Below, piece after piece: positions 9,223-20,237 of a stretch of 64,000 bases of DNA. Each line of letters opens with the position of its first letter. Position 1 is the stretch's first letter. The position numbers were made by a program, and so were the translations under genes. A model generated the notes under the pieces. The model worked only from the letters and a program-made list of their open reading frames with translations. It did not search any database and was not told where the DNA came from. Source of the DNA: an uncultured Chloroflexia bacterium (lineage in GTDB: Bacteria; Chloroflexota; Limnocylindria; Limnocylindrales; CSP1-4); the NCBI GenBank assembly GCA_963776355.1, contig CAVZLU010000008.1, forward strand, positions 1,870,151-1,934,150. Direction: 5' to 3'.

Positions 9223-10474
9223 ATGCTCTTCCTGAGCCAGATCATCGGGCGTCCCGTGCTCGACCCGGCGGATGAGCCGCTCGGCACGGTTGCCGACCTC
9301 ATCGTCGCGATCGGCGACCAGTACCCGCCGGTGACCGGCCTCGTGCTCGCGACCGATCGGCGCAAGATCTTCCTGCCCTGGCGCTCGGTCGAGCGGCTGG
9401 ATGCGGCCGGCGCGCGCCTGCGCGTGCAGACGATCGACATCGGGAAGTTCCGCCAGCGCCCCGACGAGATCCTCCTCAAGGGCGACCTGCTCGACAAGCA
9501 GATCGTCGACATCGAGGGGCGCAAGGTGATCCGGGTCAACGACGTGAGCCTCGACGAGGTGGAGGGCTCCTACCGCGTCGTGGCTGTCGACGTGGGTGCC
9601 GCGGGGCTCCTGCGTCGCCTCGGAGGCCCGTGGGTGACCCTCGCCCGGAACCTGAAGCTCCCCGTGCCGGCCCGCTACATCGACTGGGAGGACGTGGACC
9701 CGCTCGAGAGCACGATCGCCAGCGTCCGCCTCCGGGTCCCCCACGCCAAGCTCGCCCAGCTCCACCCGTCGGACCTCGCCGACATCCTTGAGGACCTCGC
9801 CCCGCGCGACCGGGCCGGCGTCCTCGCCGCCCTCGGCGACGAGGCCGTGGCCGACGCGATGGAGGAGATGGAGCCGGACACGCAGGTCGACGTCCTCGAG
9901 GACCTCGCCCCGGAGCGGGCGGCCGACATCCTCGAGGAGATGAGCCCGGACGACGCGGCCGACCTCGTCGCCGACCTCGACCAGGACACGCGCGACGAGA
10001 TCCTGTCGCTCATGGAGAAGGACGAGGTCGAGGAGGTCCAGGAGCTCCTCGGCTACCCGGAGGACTCGGCGGGCGGGATCATGACCACGGAGTTCATCGC
10101 CCTCGACGCCAGCCTGACGGCCGCGGCGGCCATCGATCGACTGCGCGAGCTCGAGCCCGACGCCGAGACGATCTACTACGTCTACGTGACCGACGACGAC
10201 GGCCGCCTGGTCGGCGTCCTCTCGCTGCGCGACCTCATCGTGGCCGCGCCCCACGTCACGATCGGCTCGGTGATGATCCGGGAGCCCGTCGCTGTCGGCG
10301 CCTTCGCCGACCAGGACGAGGTGGCGGAGGTCGTCGCCCACTACAACTTGCTGGCCGTTCCCGTGGTGGACGACGACGAGCGCCTGGTCGGGCATCGTGA
10401 CCGTCGACGACGCGATCGACACCGTCATCCCCACGGCCTGGAAGAAGCGCCTGCCTCGCGTGTTCAGCAGGTAG
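9223..10474 (+). CDS. PRC-barrel / MgtE_N / CBS-pair cytosolic protein (MgtE-like but without the transmembrane pore); last ~27 codons in a different frame (1-nt frameshift near 10393)
   Basis: ATG 9223 is preceded by GAGGTGG. Acidic MgtE_N repeats: LADILEDLAPRDRAGVLAALGDEAVADAMEEMEPDTQVDVLEDLAPERAADILEEMSPDDAADLVADL. CBS pair: GGIMTTEFIAL...DDDGRLVGVLSLRDLI...NLLAVPVVDDDERLVG. Shifting +1 after LVG gives IVTVDDAIDTVIPTAWKKRLPRVFSR-stop (TAG 10472..10474). Confidence 0.8.
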
Positions 10475-10480
10475 GCGCCC

Positions 10481-11770
10481 GTGACCCAGCAGCGGCGCCC
10501 CGGCGCCCGCGTCCTCCGGCCGCTCCCGAGGCTGCCCGCCTGGCGGGTGCGCCTCCTCGCCGTCCTCGCCGTCCTCGGTCCGGGCCTCGTGTCCGGCTTC
10601 GCCGACAACGACGCCGGCGGGATCACGACCTACTCGCTCGTCGGCACGCAGTTCGGCTACGTCCTCCTGTGGGTGATCCTCGCCAGCCAGGTCGTGCTGT
10701 TCTTCACCCAGGAGGTCGGGGCGCGCCTCGGCATCGCCACCGGCAAGGGCCTCATGGGGCTCATCCGGGAGCGCTGGGGCGTGCGCTGGGCCGCGTTCGC
10801 GGCGCTCCTCATGCTGACCGCCAACCTGGGCTCGACCGTCGCCGAGTTCGCCGGGATCGGCGCGGCCCTCGGGATCTTCGGCGTCCCGCCGCAGATCAGC
10901 GCCGCCGTGGCCGCCGTCGTCGTGGTCGGGTTCATCGCCCTCGGCAACTACAGCCGGGTCCAGTACATCTTCGTGGGCATCGGCATCCTGGTCTCGTCCG
11001 CCTACGTGATCTCGGCCTTCCTGGCCGACCCGGACTGGTCCCAGGCGGTCCACAGCATGCTGGTCCCGCAGCTGTCGTCGTCGCCGGCGTACTGGCTGGC
11101 GGTCGTGGGCACGGTCGGCACCACGATCACGCCGTGGGGCCAGGCCTTCATCCAGTCGTATGTCGCCGACAAGGGGCTGCGCGAGGACGACCTTTCCGCG
11201 AGCCGGCTCGACGTCTTCTCCGGCGCCCTCCTGACGAACGTGATCGCCGCCTTCATCCTGATCGCCTGCGCGGCCACGCTGTTCGCGAACGGGGTCACGA
11301 TCTCGAGCGCCGCCGATGCGGCCCAGGCGCTGGAGCCGATCGCCGGGGCGTCGGCCGCGGTCCTGTTCGCGCTGGGACTGCTCGGCGCCTCGTTCCTGGG
11401 CCTGGGGGTCGTCCCCATGACGAGCGCCTACACGACGTGCGAGGCGTTCGGCTGGGAGACCGGCGTGGACTGGAACTGGAGGGAGGCACCTGCCTTCTAC
11501 GGCCTGCTCGCCTTCTTCATCGGGTTCGCGGCCCTCTTCGTCATGATCCCGGGGCTGCCGCTCATCGCGGTGATGTTCCTGGCCCAGGTGCTCAACGCGC
11601 TCCTGCTGCCGTTCATCCTGGTCTTCGTGATGCTCCTCGCCCGCGACCGGGAGATCATGGGAAACCTTGCCAGCGGCCGACTCCTGGGCACGATCGGGTG
11701 GGTCGCGACCGCAGTCCTGGTCGGGCTCTCGCTGATCCTCGTGGCGACGAGCGTGGCCGGGGGGGCGTAG
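10481..11770 (+). CDS. Nramp/MntH-family divalent cation transporter with non-canonical metal-site motifs (NRMT-like)
   Basis: 429-aa ORF with GTG start 6 nt after the previous stop. Multi-TM protein. The TM1 region reads GPGLVSGFADNDAGGITTY and the TM6 region reads GTVGTTITPWGQAFIQSYV. Overall the Nramp pattern is recognisable. Confidence 0.88.
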   Translation: MTQQRRPGARVLRPLPRLPAWRVRLLAVLAVLGPGLVSGFADNDAGGITTYSLVGTQFGYVLLWVILASQVVLFFTQEVGARLGIATGKGLMGLIRERWGVRWAAFAALLMLTANLGSTVAEFAGIGAALGIFGVPPQISAAVAAVVVVGFIALGNYSRVQYIFVGIGILVSSAYVISAFLADPDWSQAVHSMLVPQLSSSPAYWLAVVGTVGTTITPWGQAFIQSYVADKGLREDDLSASRLDVFSGALLTNVIAAFILIACAATLFANGVTISSAADAAQALEPIAGASAAVLFALGLLGASFLGLGVVPMTSAYTTCEAFGWETGVDWNWREAPAFYGLLAFFIGFAALFVMIPGLPLIAVMFLAQVLNALLLPFILVFVMLLARDREIMGNLASGRLLGTIGWVATAVLVGLSLILVATSVAGGA

Positions 11771-11807
11771 GCGCCGGCCGGGCGCCGGGAAGGCGCAGCA
11801 GGGCTCC

Positions 11808-12551
11808 GTGGGGCACAATGGCACGATGCTGGTAGGCCCCGGGGCCAACCGCCCACCCCTGTCGCGGGTGACGGCGGTCGTCCCGGCCCACAACGAAGCA
11901 GCCCGGATCGCCGTCACGGTCAGCGAGCTGCGCCATCACGTCGATGAGGTCGTCGTCGTCGACGACCGGAGTGAGGACGGGACCGGCGAGGCGGCCCGGC
12001 GGGCCGGGGCGCGCGTGATTCGAAACGTGGTGCGCCTCGGGTATGTCGGCGCCGTCAAGCGGGGATTCGCGGCCGCGTCGGGAAGCATCGTGGTCACCGT
12101 GGACGCCGACGGTGAGATGCCGGTCGAGCGGATCGCCGAGCTGATCGCGCCGATCGTCGCGGGCCACGCCGACATGGTCCAGGGTCACCGCTCGCACGTC
12201 CCCCGGCTGTCGGAGCGGCTGGTGAGCTGCATCGCCGGGATCGGGGCGCCCGTGGGCGATTCAGGGACAGGCTTCCGGGCCCTGACGACGAAGCTGGCCC
12301 GCGACCTGGAGATTCCCGGCACCTGCATCTGCGGATCGCTGGCGCTCGAGGCGAGCGCCCGCGGCGCTCGGGTGGTGGAGATCCGCGTCGTCACCCGCCC
12401 CCTTGGAGATCGGAGGCGGCGCGTCGCCTGGAGCCACGTCGGGCAGGCCGTCTTGGTCGCCCGGATGGCTGTGCGGCTTCGGGCGCGCCGGATCCGCCGA
12501 CGACGGGTCCGCCGACTGCGCGCCCCGCAGCGGACGCCGCGGCCACGGTGA
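11808..12551 (+). CDS. glycosyltransferase family 2 (small DPM1/polyprenyl-phosphate glycosyltransferase-like)
   Basis: VTAVVPAHNEAARIAVTVSELRHHVDEVVVVDDRSEDGTGEAARRAGARV...IVVTVDADGE are typical GT2 motifs. The start is ambiguous (GTG 11808 or ATG 11826). Confidence 0.8.
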   Translation: MGHNGTMLVGPGANRPPLSRVTAVVPAHNEAARIAVTVSELRHHVDEVVVVDDRSEDGTGEAARRAGARVIRNVVRLGYVGAVKRGFAAASGSIVVTVDADGEMPVERIAELIAPIVAGHADMVQGHRSHVPRLSERLVSCIAGIGAPVGDSGTGFRALTTKLARDLEIPGTCICGSLALEASARGARVVEIRVVTRPLGDRRRRVAWSHVGQAVLVARMAVRLRARRIRRRRVRRLRAPQRTPRPR

Positions 12552-12671
12552 GGCGCGGAGGTGCGCGCGTGCACAGGACCGCCTAGGACGACTTGGTGAT
12601 CGTCGATCCAGCGGTGGCCCGGGAGAATTGGACGCGCATTCATCCGTTCCTCGCCAACTTGGAGTTCGACC

Positions 12672-13592
12672 ATGAGAATCCCCCGCGCGAGGCCCCCGCT
12701 CGCCGTCGCGCTCGTCATCGGTGGCGCCCTGCTCGTCGGCTCCCTCGGGAGCCCTGCCGACGCCGGCGCCATCACCCCCCTGTCCTACGCACCGACCACC
12801 CCGCTCGTCCTCCAGGAGATCCCGGTCTGGGATCTCGAGCGCAACACGAACGGGATCTGCAGGTCCGGGGCGACACACGTCATCAAGAACGCTGCCGGGA
12901 CCTTCAACGCCATCAACTACCTCAACAAGGCCCAGGCCTGCGGCCTCAAGGTCATCTTCGCCTTCCCGTCGACGATCAACTACTCGACCGGCGTTGTCTA
13001 TCCGAGCCGCGTCGCCGCCTGGGTCCGCAAGGTGAAGAACCATCCGGCCACGGCCGGCTACCTGTCGGTCAAGGAGCCGTCGTGGAGCCGGATCAGCGCC
13101 GCCGAGATCCGCGTCATGTATCGCGCCTTCCGTGCGGCCGATCCGGCGAAGCCGGTCATCGCCCTCTTCGGCGACATTCCCCACTTCGGCACGACGCGCA
13201 ACCCGTACACCACCGGCATGGCCAACATCGTGATGTTCGACTGGTACCCGGTCGAGACAACCACCGGCACCAACTCGGTCTACCTTGGCGGAGCGTCGAA
13301 GTGGTTCCCGCGGGCGCGGTCGATCGTCAACAGGGTGACCCCCGGGCGCCCGATCTGGCTCATGGTCCAGACCCACAAGTACCTCCGACCGGCGACGCAC
13401 AAGAAGCAGCGGCCGACGCAGGCCCAGCTGTGGCGCGAGGTCCGCGAGGCGTTCACGCTCCTCGGGGCCAAGGGAATCGCCTTCCACACCTGGCGGAACA
13501 CGAACTACACGCGGGACCAGCTGCGCGATCCCCAGATGGTCAGCTGGATGTCGACGCTGTTCGTCCAGGTGAAGGCGGGCACCTTCCGCTGA
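12672..13592 (+). CDS. secreted hypothetical protein (signal peptide); possibly glycoside-hydrolase-like
   Basis: 306-aa ORF with signal peptide MRIPRARPPLAVALVIGGALLVGSLGSPADA. Non-shadow composition rich in N/Y/K/W/F. The antisense 451-aa ORF is Arg/Gly-rich shadow. The function guess rests only on a VKEPSW / DWYPVE pattern and is weak. Confidence 0.75.
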   Translation: MRIPRARPPLAVALVIGGALLVGSLGSPADAGAITPLSYAPTTPLVLQEIPVWDLERNTNGICRSGATHVIKNAAGTFNAINYLNKAQACGLKVIFAFPSTINYSTGVVYPSRVAAWVRKVKNHPATAGYLSVKEPSWSRISAAEIRVMYRAFRAADPAKPVIALFGDIPHFGTTRNPYTTGMANIVMFDWYPVETTTGTNSVYLGGASKWFPRARSIVNRVTPGRPIWLMVQTHKYLRPATHKKQRPTQAQLWREVREAFTLLGAKGIAFHTWRNTNYTRDQLRDPQMVSWMSTLFVQVKAGTFR

Positions 13593-13630
13593 TCCGACGC
13601 CGGCCCGCGCCGGCATCCACGCGCCGGTTC

Positions 13631-13656
13631 GACGCCCCGGTCACGGCCGGGGCGTC
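13631..13656 (+). terminator. GC-rich hairpin downstream of the secreted-protein gene (possible intrinsic terminator)
   Basis: GACGCCCCGG-tcacgg-CCGGGGCGTC, a 10-bp perfect stem 39 nt after the stop at 13592. No clear U-tract follows. Confidence 0.4.
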
Positions 13657-13781
13657 GTCGTGCGCGGCGGCGTCGTCCAGTCGGACGGGCATGCTGGCGC
13701 CCCGGGCGCGGGCATGTCGGCCGCCGCAACGCTTCGCGCAGTGCGGGTAGACTCGCACGGTCGGCGGAGGAGCCATCATGA

Positions 13782-15996
<2,215 letters not shown>

Positions 15997-16000
<4 letters not shown>

Positions 16001-17535
16001 CCGGCGACGGGGGCGACGCCGGCCAGGCGCGGGCGGCTCCCGCCGACTCGGCGACCGCGGCTCCCACGCGCCCGCCCGCGGCTGGCACGGGCGCGGCGAC
16101 GGGCGCGAGCGTGGCGACGGGCGCGAGCGCTGCCGCAGACATCGAGGCGAGCGCGGCGACGGAGGCGGCCAGGCCGAGGCGCACCGGGCTGGCGCGGGAC
16201 GCTGTCCTGACCGTCGGGACGCGGTTCGGGCTGGCGATCCTCATCTTCGCCACCGACGTGGCTCTCGCCCGCCTCCTCGGACCCGACGCCAAGGGCCGCT
16301 TCTCCCTGATCCTGCTCTTCTCGCAGCTGGCCGCGGTCGTGGTCGGCTGGGGCATGGATGCGGCCCTCGGCGTGGTCGCCGGGCGGAGTCGCGCGGAGGC
16401 GCGGCTCGGCTTCGCGAATGCCGTGATCTGGTCCGCCGTCGTGGGCGGCATCGCCGTCGTGGTCGCCTGCTGGCTGTACGGGCTCCCGACCGACGTCCGG
16501 CCCAGGGGGCCGCTCACGGTGCTCATCCCGAACCTCTCGGCCGCCCAGTTCCTGTTCGCGGCGCTCGCGATCCCGGGCGAGCTCTTCTTCGCCATCGGAC
16601 TGTTCGCGCTCCTGGGGCGACGACAGGTCACGGGCTACAACACGGTTCGTCTCCTGCGGCGGGCGACGCTGCTCGTCCTCGTCGTGGGCGCCGCCGCGAT
16701 CGCCCGGCTCTCTCTCGACGTGGCGGTCATCTGCAACCTGGTCGCGCTGGCGCTGACGGCCGTCGCGATCACCGAGTATGCCCGCCGCGACGGGATCGCC
16801 GGCCTCCGCCCGTCGGCGCCGCTGCTGGCCGAGGAGCTCTCGTTCGGGACCCGGGTCCTCCCCGGGGCCATCGCCGAACGGCTCCAGCTGCGGTCCGACG
16901 CCTTCCTCCTCAACGTCATCGTCAGCGTCCGGGCGACCGGGATCTACTCGGTGACGGCCGGCCTCGCGGAGACCCTGTGGTACATCCCCAACGCCCTGGG
17001 AACGGTCATGTTCAGCCGCGCGGTCGATCCCGGCGAGGATGCCGCGGGGACCGCCGTGGTGCTGTCCCGGACGACCCTCGCGGTCACGCTCGCCCTCGCC
17101 GTGCCGGCGTTCGTGCTGGGCCCCTGGCTGGTCGAGCTCTTCTACGGCTCGACCTTCGCCGAGGCGGGCGTGGCTCTGCGCTGGATCCTGCCGGGCGTGG
17201 TCGCCTACAGCGTGGTCGCGATCCTGTCGCGCTACATCACCGGCCGGGGAAGGCCGGGCCTGGCAACGGCCGTGATGCTGGTCGGGCTGGCCGTCAACAT
17301 CGTCTCCAACGTCGTCCTGATCCCCGTCCTCGGGATCTCGGGCGCGGCCATCTCGTCCTCAGTCTCGTACGGCCTCACGGCGATCCTCACGGTCATCGTC
17401 TTCCTTCGCCTCTCGGGGCGCGGCCTCTCCGAGACCTTGATCCTGCGCCGCCGCGACCTCCACGCGGGGTTCCGCGCGCTCCGCGGCGGGACGCGAGAGG
17501 ACGCGGCCGAGCCCGGTCCCGGAGAGGAGCCGTGA
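15997..17535 (+). CDS. wzx: polysaccharide flippase (Wzx / MOP superfamily)
   Basis: ATGA overlap with the epimerase stop. 512 aa with about 12-14 TM helices. Ala/Thr/Gly-rich N-terminal extension containing an 18-bp duplicated unit. MOP-like C-terminal half (VVAYSVVAILSRYITGRGRPGLATAVMLVGLAVNIVSNVVLIPVLGISGAAISS). Confidence 0.8.
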
Positions 17536-18752
17536 CCGGCGTGCGCGTCGTCATCCTCGACGACGCCCCCTACCTCGCGTGGGACGGCCGCACCTATGCC
17601 GCGAACGCCACCTTCCATCGCTTCGCGTCCGCCCTCCTCGACGTCCGCGGTGCGGCCGGGGACGCCGTGATCGCCACCGTCACCCTCGCCGCCCCCGTGC
17701 GGCCGGCGACGGTGGCGCCGTCCACACTTCCCGTCGACGGCCGGATCCGGGTCGTGGCAACCGCTCCCTTCGACGGAATCGCCGGCTACATCCGCCACGC
17801 TCCAGCCCTCGTCATCCGGAACGCCCCCCGCCTCCGCGAGGCGATCGCCGGGGCCGACGTCCTGCTCCTTCGCCTTCCCGCCTCGAACGGGCTCCTTGCT
17901 GCCCTGACCGCCGTCGCCCGCGGCGTGCCCCGCGTCGGGTTCGTCGTGGGGAGCGTGGGCGACGTCGTCGCCGGACAAGGCCGCGGCGGGCTCGCCGGCC
18001 TCGGGGCGCGCCTCGCCGCGGCGGGCTACGACGCGGCGACTCGCTTCGCGACGCTCGGGGCCCCGCGCGTCGTCGCCGGGGCCGATCTGGCCCGCGGCGG
18101 GATCGTGAGCAGCCTCGTCGAGCCCGGGGAGATCCGGGATCGAGCCGACGAGCCGTGGCCCGCAGTGGCCGGCGCGCTGCGCCTCGTCTATGCAGGGCGG
18201 CTCGCCGAGGGCAAGGGCCTCGAGGTGCTGCTCGAGGCCGTCGCCGACCTTGCCCGGACCGAGGGAGCGCCGGCGGTGCGCCTCGACCTCATCGGGGCGG
18301 GGCCGGCGCGCGATGCCCTGCGGGACCGGGCAGCCGCGCTCGGGATCGCCGGTCGCGTCGCCTTCGTCGGCCATGTCGCGGAGCGCGGGCCGTATCTCGC
18401 GGCGCTCGCAGCCGGCGACGCGTTCGTCTCCCCGTCGCCCGCCGAGGGCTTCCCGAAGTCCACCCTCGACGCGATGGCTGCCGGCCTGCCGGTCGTTGCC
18501 GTGCCCGCCGGGCGGCTGGCCGAGCTGACCGTGGCGGACACGCCGACGGCCGGTCCCCCGATCCTGCCCGCTCCGCGCGGTGACCGGGCGACCCTCGCCG
18601 CGTGCCTGGAGGGCCTCGCAGCAGACGCGGGGCGCGCCCGCGCCCTGCGCGCCGCGGGCCGCGCCTTCGTCATCGAGCACACCAGGCCCGCGGAGGCGAG
18701 GCGCCTGGCCGCGGTCCTCCTGGTCGCGGCGGAGGGGCGCGGCCGCCGCTGA
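17532..18752 (+). CDS. glycosyltransferase family 4 (GT-B, group 1)
   Basis: GTGA overlap with the wzx stop. LVYAGRLAEGKGLEVLLEAV...FVSPSPAEGFPKSTLDAMAAGLPVV (E-x7-E region). Confidence 0.82.
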   Translation: MTGVRVVILDDAPYLAWDGRTYAANATFHRFASALLDVRGAAGDAVIATVTLAAPVRPATVAPSTLPVDGRIRVVATAPFDGIAGYIRHAPALVIRNAPRLREAIAGADVLLLRLPASNGLLAALTAVARGVPRVGFVVGSVGDVVAGQGRGGLAGLGARLAAAGYDAATRFATLGAPRVVAGADLARGGIVSSLVEPGEIRDRADEPWPAVAGALRLVYAGRLAEGKGLEVLLEAVADLARTEGAPAVRLDLIGAGPARDALRDRAAALGIAGRVAFVGHVAERGPYLAALAAGDAFVSPSPAEGFPKSTLDAMAAGLPVVAVPAGRLAELTVADTPTAGPPILPAPRGDRATLAACLEGLAADAGRARALRAAGRAFVIEHTRPAEARRLAAVLLVAAEGRGRR

Positions 18753-18765
18753 CGCGCTGCCGCGA

Positions 18766-19893
18766 TCAGCGCGGGACGACGAACCCGGCGAACAGGATCG
18801 ACGCCAGCAGCAGCGCCACCGCGAGGTTGACGACCGTCGCCGTCGCGAACACCGCGATCGGGCGCCAGCCCGCCTCTCGCACCGACACCACGCGGAGCTC
18901 GAGGCCGATGCTCACGAAGGCGAGGATGAAGAACCAGACCCGCAGGGAGTTGGCGACGGCGATCGCCGCCGCGCCCTGGTCCTTCGGAACGGTGCCGATC
19001 CACCACGTGGCGATGATGGACGCCGCGATGAACCCCAGCACGAACTTGGGGAAGCGCCGCCAGATCTCTCCAATCCCGGGCCGCGGCGCATCCGCGGCGC
19101 GTTCGACGCGCGTCACGAAGTAGAGCGTCAGGAGCACCGCCACGAAGCCCATCATCGCGTTCTGGGTTCCCTTGACGATCGCCGCGATGTCAAGCGCGTC
19201 CTTGCCCACGATCGTGCCGGCCGCCGTAACGGCCGCCGTGGTGTCGATGTTGCCGCCGATCCAGGCCCCCGCCACGACGTTTGGCAGGCCCATGAGCGAC
19301 GCCAGCCACGGCTGGATGAAGATCATTGGGATCGCGAAGATCACGACCAGGCTCGCCGCGTAGGCCAGCTGCTCCTTCTTGGCGTGGACCGCCCCGGCAG
19401 CGGCGATCGCCGCACTCACGCCACAGATCGAGACCGCCGCGGCGAGTAGCGCCCGGAGCCGCGAGTCGAGCCCGAAGAGCCCGCCGAGCCACCAGGTGAA
19501 GAGGAAGATGGTCGAGATGAGCAGAACGGCCTGGACGATCGCCGGACCTGCCGCCGAGACGATCAGGGACAGGTTGATCGAGGCACCCAGGAGCACGAGA
19601 CCCGTCTTGATGAAGAACTCGGTCCGGAACGCGCCCCGCATGCGCTCGCGCACGCCGAGGGCGGCCAGCACGCCGTTGGCGATCAGGCCGAGGATGATCG
19701 CGTAGACGGGAAACTCGATCGCCTTCGCGGCCCCGGCCGCGCCCGTGTCCTTGAGCCAGACGGGGACATTCGCCTCCAGGTAGCGCGTCAGCGCGGCCAG
19801 GATGAGCAGCACGACGAGTCCCGCACCCGTCCAGATGGCGGGCGCGAGGGGCCGCGCCGCGGACCGCGCGAGCGCGGGCTCCATGGTCGCCAT
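18766..19893 (-). CDS. YeiH/UPF0324-family membrane protein (annotated family: putative sulfate exporter)
   Basis: 375-aa ORF, multi-TM. FFIKTGLVLLGASINL, AAAVSICGVSAAIAAAGAV and GAWIGGNIDTTAAVTAAG are characteristic of the family. Confidence 0.82.
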   Translation of the reverse strand: MATMEPALARSAARPLAPAIWTGAGLVVLLILAALTRYLEANVPVWLKDTGAAGAAKAIEFPVYAIILGLIANGVLAALGVRERMRGAFRTEFFIKTGLVLLGASINLSLIVSAAGPAIVQAVLLISTIFLFTWWLGGLFGLDSRLRALLAAAVSICGVSAAIAAAGAVHAKKEQLAYAASLVVIFAIPMIFIQPWLASLMGLPNVVAGAWIGGNIDTTAAVTAAGTIVGKDALDIAAIVKGTQNAMMGFVAVLLTLYFVTRVERAADAPRPGIGEIWRRFPKFVLGFIAASIIATWWIGTVPKDQGAAAIAVANSLRVWFFILAFVSIGLELRVVSVREAGWRPIAVFATATVVNLAVALLLASILFAGFVVPR

Positions 19894-20075
19894 CAGGGCA
19901 CCACGCCCTTGCCGATGACCCCGGCCAGCACCAGCCCGAGCAGGACCAACCCCAGGATCGTCGCCGCCCAGTCCTCCGTGATCAGGCGCCGCCCTGCCGT
20001 GGCGACGCCTCCCGCTGTCTCGATCGCGTCGTTGTCGTTCGCGATGGCCTCTGTCTCGAGGCGCTCCTCGCCCAT
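19893..20075 (-). CDS. small single-pass membrane protein, translationally coupled to the YeiH-family gene
   Basis: 60-aa ORF with an acidic N-terminus and TM helix WAATILGLVLLGLVLAGVIG. Its stop shares one nucleotide with the yeiH-like ATG (TGATG). Confidence 0.45.
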   Translation of the reverse strand: MGEERLETEAIANDNDAIETAGGVATAGRRLITEDWAATILGLVLLGLVLAGVIGKGVVP

Positions 20076-20237
20076 CGTTCCCTCCGTAGACCCCTCATCG
20101 TTGTCCGCCGGAGAGTCTATCGGGCACCGATCGGGGCTGAGCGGGCCATTCGGCCCCCCGGCACCACTTCACGCTCCCGGGATCCCCGACAGGGACGCCG
20201 GGACGCGGGGACGGCGGCCCGCTACCCTTCGACCGTC

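Noticed and set aside
8878-10626. Upstream 580 codons of the 1317-aa minus ORF 6673..10626
   Set aside because: Only the segment 8877..~7650 of this frame is real (the GAF protein). The part beyond 8877 is antisense to the MgtE-like gene and is low-complexity Arg/Pro/Gly/Asp.
12261-13616. 451-aa minus ORF overlapping the secreted-protein gene
   Set aside because: It has Arg/Gly/Asp/Pro-rich shadow composition. The plus-strand ORF has a signal peptide and balanced composition.
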